A DNA stretch of 64,000 nt, from the NCBI GenBank assembly GCA_031409655.1, contig JANNXQ010000187.1, positions 1 to 64,000 on the forward strand, read 5' to 3'. The notes under the pieces are model-generated. The model was not told where the DNA came from and searched no databases. It saw only the letters and a program-made list of their open reading frames with translations. Position numbers and translations under genes: made by a program. Below are positions 50,790 to 60,400 of this stretch, in pieces (the first letter of the stretch is position 1; the number at the start of each line of letters is the position of its first letter). Origin of the DNA: Chthoniobacteraceae bacterium. Its GTDB lineage: Bacteria; Verrucomicrobiota; Verrucomicrobiia; Chthoniobacterales; Chthoniobacteraceae.

Positions 50790-51130
50790 ACTCGGTCGCG
50801 GAGCGCGAGCCGCGACGGCGCGGGCCGCTGCGCGGCGACCTGCCGCTGAATGCGCGGCGCCGCCATGGAAAATCCCGGCGCAAGTCCGCAGCTCACGAGC
50901 AACGGGGCGAGCGCTTGCTTCAGCTCGAGCGCGGTGAGCGACGGCGCGGCCGGCGCTTCCTCGGAGATCGGCGCGTGGAAGATATTGCAGCACTCCATTG
51001 GGTCGCCCCCCGGGCAGCAACCGCAGGCCTTCGCCACCGGCAGTACCCCACCCGCCCCACAAGCCGGGCCAGCGCCCATGGCGAGGCCCACCATCACGGC
51101 GAGGAGCAGAAGTAAGCGCCCAATCATCAT
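50790..51130 (-). pseudogene. Cys-rich small exported protein, 3' end apparently lost
   Basis: Signal peptide, CGCC..ECC; frame runs about 170 nt into the next gene (stop at 50603). Confidence 0.4.
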
Positions 51131-51189
51131 CCCTCATACGCCGTGAAGCCAGGTGGCGGCAATGGATCAACCGGTGGCGCGGAGACCTC

Positions 51190-51307
51190 GTTTGATGTTT
51201 GGCGTTTGGCGTTTGAAGTTTGGCGTTTTCCCCCTTCCGAACAAAGAGCGCCTCTGTGATCGGGCAGTTAAACGCCAAACTTCAAACTTCAAACGCTAAA
51301 CACCAAA
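51190..51307. repeat. Heptamer inverted-repeat element, family B
   Basis: gtttgatgtttggcgtttggcgtttgaagtttggcgttt ... aaacgccaaacttcaaacttcaaacgctaaacaccaaa. Confidence 0.9.
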
Positions 51308-51400
51308 TGCGGAAAGGGGACACCCGAAGCCCTCTTCGGTGACGCTCCACCCACCTTGGAGCTTGGAATTTACGCGCTTCCCAGCCACTCCTCTCCACCC

Positions 51401-52993
51401 ATGTCTCTCCACGGAAAAAGCCTCCTCGCCGGCGCGCTCGTTGAACCGAGTGCGCGCACCTTCCACGCCGTCAGCCCGCTCGGCGGCCAGCGCCTTGAGC
51501 CCGCCTTTCACGAATGCTCCCTCGCCGAAGTCGAGCGGGCGCTCTTGGCCGCGGAGGATGCCTTCTCGATCTACCGCAAAGTGAGCACGGAGACGCGCGC
51601 GGCGTTCCTGGAGAAAATCGCGGAGGAAATCGTCGCGCTCGGCGACGCGCTCCTCCAGCGCGCCCATCTTGAGACGGGCTTGCCGCTCGATCGACTCACC
51701 GGCGAACGCGGACGCACCGCGGGCCAGCTCCGGCTCTTCGCGGCCGTGGTGCGCGAAGGCTCGTGGTGCGACCCGCGCATCGATCCTGCGTTGCCCGATC
51801 GCCAGCCGCTCCCGCGTCCCGACCTTCGCCGGATGCTCATCCCGCTCGGGCCCGTGATCGTCTTCGGCTCATCAAATTTTCCCCTCGCGTTTTCCATTGC
51901 CGGGGGCGACACCGCCAGCGCCTTGGCGGCGGGCTGTCCCGTCATCGTAAAGGCGCATCGCGCGCATCCCGGCACCGGCGAACTCGTGGCTGGTGCGATC
52001 GCCCGCGCCGCCACCTCGTGCGGCTTGCCGGCGGGCGTCTTCTCGATGCTCCACGGGAGCGGTGAGGAGATCGGCACCGCACTGGTGCGGCATCCGCTGG
52101 CGCGCGCGGCGGGCTTCACCGGATCGCGCACCGCCGGGCGCGCGCTTTTCAATGCGGCCAATGCGCGGCCCGATCCGATCCCCGTCTTCGCCGAGATGAG
52201 CAGCCTCAATCCGCTCTTCGTCCTCCCCGGTGCCCTGCGCGAGCGCGGAACGCAAATCGCGGAAGGATTGAAAGGCTCCGTGACCCTCGGCGTCGGGCAA
52301 TTCTGCACCAAGCCCGGGCTCGTCTTCGCGATTGGCGGCCCGGACCTCACGGCCTTCACCGCGCACTTCGAGCGGGCCATCCAGGCGGCGGCACCCGCGA
52401 CGATGCTGCATCCCGGCATCTGTCGTTCCTTTCATGAAGGGCTCGACGCCCTGGCCAGGATCCCCGGCGTCGTCGCGCTGGCCACCGCGGACCTCGATCC
52501 CGATCCGGCGAAGACGCAGGGCGAAGCGACGGTCTTCGCGACGGATGCGGAGAATTTTCTGACGCAGCGCGCCCTGCACGAAGAGGTCTTCGGTCCGTTC
52601 ACCTTGCTCGTCGATGCCACCGATCCGCAGGAGCTGCTGCGGATCGCGCGCAGTCTCGAAGGCCAGCTCACGGCCACGCTCCACGGCACCGCCGAAGATC
52701 TCGCGGATGCCGCCGAATTGATTGCCATCCTCGAACGGAAAGCGGGCCGCCTCGTCGTGAATGGTTTCCCGACCGGCGTGGAAGTCAGCCCGGCCATGCA
52801 GCACGGCGGCCCGTATCCGGCCACGACCGACGAGCGCTTCACCAGCGTCGGCACGGCAGCCATCCAGCGTTGGGCGCGACCAGTGTGCTACCAAAACTTC
52901 CCCGCGAACGCCTTGCCGCCCGAGTTGCAGAACGAAAACCCGAAGGGCGTCATGCGCCTCGTGGACAACAAGCTGACCCGCGACGCGGTCTGA
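51401..52993 (+). CDS. NADP aldehyde dehydrogenase (alpha-ketoglutaric semialdehyde dehydrogenase type)
   Basis: SNFPLAFSIAGGDTASAL, GFTGS, AEMSSLNP, GQFCTKPG, HGGPYPA. Confidence 0.9.
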   Translation: MSLHGKSLLAGALVEPSARTFHAVSPLGGQRLEPAFHECSLAEVERALLAAEDAFSIYRKVSTETRAAFLEKIAEEIVALGDALLQRAHLETGLPLDRLTGERGRTAGQLRLFAAVVREGSWCDPRIDPALPDRQPLPRPDLRRMLIPLGPVIVFGSSNFPLAFSIAGGDTASALAAGCPVIVKAHRAHPGTGELVAGAIARAATSCGLPAGVFSMLHGSGEEIGTALVRHPLARAAGFTGSRTAGRALFNAANARPDPIPVFAEMSSLNPLFVLPGALRERGTQIAEGLKGSVTLGVGQFCTKPGLVFAIGGPDLTAFTAHFERAIQAAAPATMLHPGICRSFHEGLDALARIPGVVALATADLDPDPAKTQGEATVFATDAENFLTQRALHEEVFGPFTLLVDATDPQELLRIARSLEGQLTATLHGTAEDLADAAELIAILERKAGRLVVNGFPTGVEVSPAMQHGGPYPATTDERFTSVGTAAIQRWARPVCYQNFPANALPPELQNENPKGVMRLVDNKLTRDAV

Positions 52994-53054
52994 GTCGGCT
53001 GAACGCAGGCTTCCGCTTGCGAACCTCCGCCCCCCGCTTTACAACGGAACTCCC

Positions 53055-53588
53055 ATGAAACACCTTGCCCTCCTCGCAATCAGCCTGACCACCGCCGCCA
53101 CGCTTTTCGCGGAAGATCCGGCGAAATTCCCGGTTGGCAGTTTCGAGTTTCAGCGCCCCGCGACGTGGGCCTGGATCCCGGTCTCCTCGCCCATGCGCAA
53201 GGCCCAGCTCAAGGTCCCCGGAGCCACGGCCGATAGCTCTGCGGATATCACCTTCTTCCACTTCGGGCCCGGCGGAGGCGGCGGCACCCAGGCCAATATC
53301 CAGCGCTGGCTTGGGCAATTCCAAAGTGCGGAAGGCGCCTCGAAGATCGAGCCTCAGGAGATCGCGGGAGCGAAAGTCACGCTGGTCAGCACCGAGGGCA
53401 CCTTCTCGAGCGGCATGCCGGGTGGGCCCACCACGCCGCTCACCGGCCAGGCGCTCCTCGGCGCGATCATCGAATCCGCAGAGGGTGATGTTTTTGTGAA
53501 AATGACCGGTCCCGCCGCCTTGGTGAAAGAATCGCGCCAGCAGTTCCTCGACTTCCTCGCCACCGCGATCACCGCGTCGAAGAAATAA
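53055..53588 (+). CDS. Hypothetical exported protein
   Basis: Signal peptide; SPMRKAQ, ANIQRWLGQF, FVKMTGP. Confidence 0.8.
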   Translation: MKHLALLAISLTTAATLFAEDPAKFPVGSFEFQRPATWAWIPVSSPMRKAQLKVPGATADSSADITFFHFGPGGGGGTQANIQRWLGQFQSAEGASKIEPQEIAGAKVTLVSTEGTFSSGMPGGPTTPLTGQALLGAIIESAEGDVFVKMTGPAALVKESRQQFLDFLATAITASKK

Positions 53589-53591
53589 CGG

Positions 53592-53981
53592 ATGCCCTAC
53601 CGCCCATCGCGCCGTCGCCCCATGAGCTACTACGTCACCTCGTTCATCAGCATCGTCCACTTCATCAGCGATGATCTGGTCCAGTGCGACGCGAGCACCA
53701 AAATCGCCGAAATCTTCTGCGACGAGTTCGACGACCTCGATTTCGAACTGGCCATCTGCTGCTTCGAAGCGACCCACAAGGTCGCCTTCGATGAAAAACT
53801 CTGGCAGACCGAACCGGACGACTACGAAGACCTGACCGTGGAGGAATTCGTGGAAACCTACGTCGGCAACGTCGAACAGCGCGACCCCCTCTTCGTGACC
53901 AAACGCTTCCTCATGTTTCAGGAGTCGCTCACGAAGGCGTTGACTGATGAGCAGGAAAATCCTCCCGGGACGGATTACTGA
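53592..53981 (+). CDS. Acidic hypothetical protein, possibly ACP-like fold
   Basis: DDLDFELAICCFEATHKVAFDE..LTVEEFVE; alternative start 53622. Confidence 0.65.
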   Translation: MPYRPSRRRPMSYYVTSFISIVHFISDDLVQCDASTKIAEIFCDEFDDLDFELAICCFEATHKVAFDEKLWQTEPDDYEDLTVEEFVETYVGNVEQRDPLFVTKRFLMFQESLTKALTDEQENPPGTDY

Positions 53982-54079
53982 TCCTCTGTCAGAGCGGAGC
54001 GCCCGGTGGAGGCAGCCCTGAGGATTCGCTTCGCCACCGATCCCCCGGAAACGTCGTCGTTCATTCTGAATCCAGCGAT

Positions 54080-54238
54080 GGGATTTTAAACGCTGAGACG
54101 CAGAGGCGCAGAGACCGCAGAGGAAGGGAACAAACGCACTTTCCAGGGCGCTCACCGATCGGGTGAATCCATCCGCCACCTCGATTCCGCTCTCCCTCTG
54201 CGTCCTCTGCGTCTTTGCGTCTCTGCGTTAAAAATCCC
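54080..54238. repeat. Long palindromic element built from CGCAGAG units
   Basis: gggattttaaacgctgagacgcagaggcgcagagaccgcagagg ... cctctgcgtcctctgcgtctttgcgtctctgcgttaaaaatccc. Confidence 0.85.
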
Positions 54239-54365
54239 AATCCCGCTTTCAGGTTAATCACACCCGAGACGAGGAGGAATAAAACAGTCCGACGGTTTCC
54301 GATAGATGGTTTGATACCGATTCTTGGATTCAGCCACGAGCCTTCGTCAACTCGCTGCAAACGCA

Positions 54366-54399
54366 AGCCGCCGCGGCAGGTTTCCCTGCCGCGGCGGTT
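54366..54399 (-). terminator. Terminator-like hairpin after PEP-CTERM gene
   Basis: agccgccgcggcagg-tttc-cctgccgcggcggtt, about 20 nt past the stop. Confidence 0.7.
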
Positions 54400-54421
54400 G
54401 GATTGAATGTTTGTTTAGGTA

Positions 54422-57400
54422 TTAGGCGCGGCGGTCGTTGCGGCGGCGGATGCGTTGCAGGCCGACGAGCATTCCGAAGCCACCGAGGAGCGACGCCGCG
54501 ATGCCGGGTTCAGGCACCACGACCAGCGACACCGCCGTTCCACCGAAGTCGTTGTAGTCGATGCCATACTGATTCGCGCCGATGGTGAAGAACTCGAGAT
54601 CGTCGTCGATCGCGTTCCCCGCGATGGAGAACTGTCCATTCTGCGCGCCCGCGTAGGTGAGGAAGGTGAACTTCGTTCCCAGGGCGAGTGAGACATTCGA
54701 CCCGAGGTCGGTGATGTTCAGCACCGATCCGCCAGAAAGGCCATCAACAAGGGTGAGCGGGCCAGTGGTGCTGAGCAGGTCGGTGCCCAGCGTCGAGGTG
54801 TTGATTTCTAGGGTGAAGGAAGATGCCCCAGTCATCGTGAGTGACGATGCGGAGAGCGTTCCAATGCTGTTACCGGGTGATACTGAGCCAGTGTTCGCGG
54901 TGATCGCTCCGACTGAGCCAATACCACCGAGGATACCACCGCCGATGGTGACAGCGCCGGAGATCGATCCATTCACCAACAGGCGACCAGCATTGACGCT
55001 CGTCGTCCCGGCGTAGGTGCCGGCGACGCCAGCGGCAATTTCCAACGTCCCTGCCCCAGCCTTGGTCAAGCCAGCGGTGGATCCGGTGATGCCACCAGCG
55101 CCGGTGATGAGGAGATCAGTCGCTTGACCGGCGGCGTTGGCCACCGTCATCGTCCGGGCCGCAGTGGAAGTGCCCAGCGAGAGGTTGCCCCCTCCGACGT
55201 TGATCACCGCTTGAGTCCCAGCATTCCCCGCCACCGTGGTCACGTTTCCGCCCAAGGTCAGCGTTCCCGCTCCGGTGGTGATGGTATTTAGATAAGCTGC
55301 GGTGCTGCTCCCAGCGGCACTGAAGGTTACGGCCGACACGGTCTCATTGTTGCCCGCGAGGTCATAGGTTGCGCTCGGAATAGCTGCGATCGCGGCATTC
55401 AACGTGATAGCTCCAGGAACCACATCGCTTGCCCCGTTGCGAAGCGTGCCTGCGCGGACTTCAGTTAATCCGGTGTAGGTATTCGCTCCCGAGAGAGTCA
55501 CCACTCCGCTGTTGCCAGCGGCTTCATTGACCCGGAGACCCGTAGCCGTCGTGCCTGAAATAATTCCGGCAAGGTTGAGTGTTCCACCCGCAGCGGCTTG
55601 AGCACGGAAGTTACCGCCGCCCGCCTCATCGACTGTGACATTGCCGCTGACGGTTCCACTGGTTGCCCCAGCGAGCAGGCGAAGGGTCTTTTCGTTGCCG
55701 GCGTCGGCAACGGTGATGGCATTCGTGCTGGTCACCCCATCGGCCAACTCGAGGATCGCCCCAGTTCCATTCATCGTCACGGCGCTGGCACCCAGAGCGC
55801 CGGCGTTACCCATCCGGATTGCACCACCAGTGATGGTGGTCCCACTGCCGTATGAATTCACGTTGTTTAGGATGAGGGTGTTTCCCCCGATCTTGGTCAG
55901 GTTACCAGCGCCAGAAATGACGTTCGTGCTGGCGATGGTGATATTTCCGCCGCCGGTATCGATCGTTCCACCCGAAATCCCGAGGTTAATGCCGCGATTG
56001 GCATCGTCGATCGTGAGAACCGCCGTCGAACGGAGGGTTCCGCCGTTGATCGTGAGATGATTGGCATCAGGTCCGCCGGGGTTTAGGCCCAAGGCAGTCT
56101 CAGCGTTGATGTTCAGCACGCCTAGATTGATCGTTGTCCGGCTCTGGCGGGTATTCACCCCGGTGAGGGTCACCGTACCAAAACCATCCTTGATCAGTTC
56201 ACCCGTCCCAGACATCACGCCGGACACGGTGAGGAGCGGCGTTGGGCTCCCCAACGAACCTACGTTCCATGTTTGATTGCCACCGAGTTCCACCGGAGCA
56301 GTGATATTGGCAGTGCCCGCGTTGTCAGGGATACTGATACCGTCGGTCGAGACACTTGGGCTGATGGTCAGCACCCCAGTGGTGCCCTGAGCAATGGTAA
56401 CATTTGACGCGAGGGTGCCAGTGACAGGGCTGCCGTTGAAGAGGATGTTATTGACTGCTTGATTCCCATCAAGATTCACGAGCTGGATGTTTCCAGCAGC
56501 GGTGGCTGGAGGAGTATTCAGGGAACTGAAAACAACGGTGTCGGTCGATCCAGGAGTGGAGCCTACGTCGCCAGTATCAGTCAGGGACCAGTTTGTATTC
56601 CCAGCGCTGATTGCCGACCAGCTACGACTCAGGTCAGCCGTGTAGTAGAATGTACCAAGACCCGCAGTCGCAGTCGCCACGAGACGGACCTTATTTGGGT
56701 CGGTGGTATCGATAGCGGCAGTGTAGCCACCGGGGAGAGCGGAGATTCCGTAGGTCGCAGTTCCGAATCCTCCAGCACCTGAAACGAGCAAATCATAAGT
56801 CCCGGCGGCGAAGCCAGAAACTGCATTGAGCGCAAAGTTGATGGTGTTGGCGGTGACGGCGGCACCACTCGTCGTGAGGGTATCGGAAGTCGTCCCGAGA
56901 TCGAGGCCCAGGATCGAGATGCCAGCGCCGGCCCCGAGGTTCAGGGTACCCAGACCCACAATTGGGCTGCCAACCCCGCTATTGAAGCCCAGTGACGCAC
57001 CGCCGGCGACCGTAATCCCGGAAGTCGCGGCCGGACTGGCTCCAGCGAAGTTGAGGCCACCTGCATTGACCGTGATCGAACCGCCAAAGCTCATGGTGCT
57101 GCCGGCCAGAGTGCCGAGGGCTCCCGAAGCAGTTCCAACCTTGACGATCGAGAGAGGGCCACCACCACTGTTGGCAAATGAACCATTGTAGGTGACGGTC
57201 CCGTTGTTGGTTCCGAAGGTCAGGGTCACCGGGGATACTGTGGTGTTGTCAATCGTCTTAGCACCAGTGCTGGCACCATTGAGGGAGGCGATTGTTTCGG
57301 ACTTGCCATTCAGGTCGAGAACGGCGGGGAGGACCGTGTTTCCGAAGGCCACATTTCCACCGACCGTGCCGACGACTGGTATCACATCACCCGACGCTCC

Positions 57401-60400
57401 GTCGAGTTGCAAGGTGCCGCCGTTGATCGTCGTGGTTCCGGTGTAGGTATTCGGCGCCGCACCACCGAGGACCAAAGTGCCGCTACTGAGCGTCAAACCC
57501 AAGGTGGATGCTGTGGTCCCTGTCTGATTCTGAACGATCCCTGAAATCACCGTGCGACCGCTGCCGCCGATGGTGAGGGCGCGGTTTGCGTCGGTTTCGA
57601 CGTTTCTCACGACTCCTTGGATGGTGAAGGATTTCCCGGCAGGCAGGAAGTTATTGAACGCCGAGTTGGCCCCGGTGCCGGAAGCAACGTTGACCGTTGC
57701 ACCGGAGAGGGTGATCGAGTTCAGGCCGATGATCCCGCCGGTCTGGTTTTGCGTGAAGTTGACCGTCGGGTTTGTCAACGTCAGGTCCCCTCCGTCCGCA
57801 AAGAGATTGCCGTTGCCGATGGTGAGCGCGCCAGCACCCGCCGCCGCCGCTGAAGTCACACCCAAGTTCCCACCGCCAGCGGTCAGGGCACCGGTGAAGG
57901 TATTGACACCCGAGAGGGTCCAGGTTCCAGGGCCACCCTTGGTGACACTGAGCGCACCCGTGCCAGCGTTAATCAGGTTTGAAGAAACGATATTGTCGTC
58001 CGAGTTTTGACCTTCGAGGGTCAGCGTCCTAGCCGCAACGCCCACACCATTGGTGACGTTGCTGAGCACCAAGGCCCCAGAGCCGCTGGCGTTGATGGTC
58101 GTGGATGCGTTGACGACGATGGAACGGGCCGAAGATTCGCCAGCCCCCAAATATTCAAGCCGGCCGCCGGTCAAACTCAGCACATTGGCCGAGTTTCCGA
58201 GGCCAGTGGCGATCGAAGTCACGCCGAGCACGCCGGCGTTCAGGTTCGTCGTGCCGGTGTAGGTGTTGGCACCCAGGAGATAAAGTGTCCCGGCTCCGTT
58301 TTTGGTCAGACTGGTCGTGCCCGCGTCGCCGCTGATCACCCCGGTGATCGTTGCGCGGTCGAGCGAGGTTGTGCCGTTATCGTTGACCGTGATGACGCGG
58401 GCCAAAGTGGAGGCAGCGTTGTTCAGGTCGATGCCGTTTTGGAACTCAACTTCGTCCAGAGCCGTCGTCGAGCTCAAGATCAGCGCGCTGGAAACGGTTC
58501 CGCCAAGGCCGGTATTTGGCAGGAAACCTGCGCCAGCGTTCCAGCCCAAAGTTGCACCTACTCCACCGTGATTGACCGTCAGTTTGCTGGCGGAGGCCGA
58601 GAAACCACCACCTGCGGTGTAGCTCACGGAGCCGATCCCATTCACGGCGACTGCGAGTGGGCGGGTGAAACTTCCGCTTGTCTCGAGGACGCCACCATTG
58701 AGAACCAGCGGACTCGTCGAAGACAACGAGGAACCAGTCACCACCAACTGGCCTGCGGTGATCGTGGTCCGCCCATCGTAGGTATTGCCCGGATTGCTGA
58801 GCGTCCAGGAACTAGCACCGTCCTTAAGGACCGAAAGAAGCGCGCTACCACCACCGGTCGGATCAACCAAGGCAAGACCCATTTCGTTATTTCCGGTCGA
58901 TCCGCCACCCAAACTCAAGGTCTGGCCAACCGTATTCCCACCAGCAGTGTAAGCAATTGGTGCGGGATTATTGAAAATCAAGGTGGCGTTGTTTAAGCCC
59001 GCCGCGTTGATCCGAGCACCATTTGCCGCGGTGGCATTCTCGCTTCCGAGAGTGAACAAACGATTGATGCTGATGGAATCGGCACCGGTATAGTTGATAC
59101 CGCCACCGGTGTTGGTTTCCGCAGCCGATCCAAAAACCAAGCTGGCCGCATTGGTCGTATCGTTCGTGGCATTGCCGCGTCCGAGACCGCTGGCCGAGCC
59201 AATGTTCGCGAGGAAGGGTACAGAAACCAAGCCCGTGCTGAGAATCGTCGTTGACCCCGTGTAAGTATTCAGGCCGCTCCAGGTCTGGCCGCCAGTGGCG
59301 CGCTTCACGATCGAGACACCGCCGGCTCCGTCCTCAATAACGCCGCTAAACACCCCGGTGCCGTTGCCGCCCCCGACCGCAATCGTGGCCGCCACACTGC
59401 TGCTATTAGTTAAAAGACCGGCGCCGTTGAATCCAGCGAGTGAACTGGTGCTCACGCCATTCAAATCAAGAGTTCCTCCCTGACGAATGGAGAGTGCCTG
59501 GAAGTTTGCACTGATCCGACCGATCCCTGAGAGGCGGATGGTGCCTTCGTTGATGTTGGTCGCGCCGGTCTGGTTGTTGACCTCAGCCAAGACGAGAATT
59601 CCCGATCCATTTTTACTCAGTCCACCCACGGTCGAAGAGGCGATGGAAGAAGCGAGCGTCAGGACGCTTGAATCCCCGTCCACCCGAACCGCGAGGGCTC
59701 CACCGGTCGCTCCAAGGCCTTGGGTGACGCTGCCGCCAGAGATCGTCGCCGATCCACCGGTCAGCAAAATTCCGCCTACGGTGTTCACGCCAGTGTTGAT
59801 CCGAAGCTCATCCGTTGCGCCCATCGTGAGGGTCGGCGTGCCGGAACCGTCGATGAGCAGAGAATTGATGGCCGTCGTTCCTGCGGCCAAGGCAAACCCG
59901 GCGCCAGTGACTTGATTGTGCGCTGCTGCGGTCAATGCCAGCGGAGCCGCGAAGTAACCGACATCGGTGCCTCCCCCGCCCAGACCGTCGCCGTAGAGAG
60001 GCGCCCGGACGACACTGCCCGCGCCGACGAAGGCATAATTACCACCGTTGAAATAGGCCGAGCCGCGGACGAAGCCAGCGGGGTTCGTCAGGGTAATGAT
60101 ATCGGTTGCGGTTGCTGCCCTGAAGTTCACACTGGCACCCGTGCTGGATGCCACCAAGGAGGTCGCGAGCGTCGTAGCGGTTGAGCCAGGACTATTCACC
60201 TCTACAACCCCGTGGCCGGCGGTCGTGGTGATGGCGCCGATTGTTTCCGTGGTCGCTGGACCCGCGTTCGTGAAGAGCAACCGTCCACCTCCAGCCTGGA
60301 CGGCATCCACGTTAAAGGTGACCGGAGCGGCGTCAGCGAGAACGGTCGAAGTCACCGACGCGTTCGCCCTTAGAGTGAGCGTGCCATTAGAGATCGTAGT

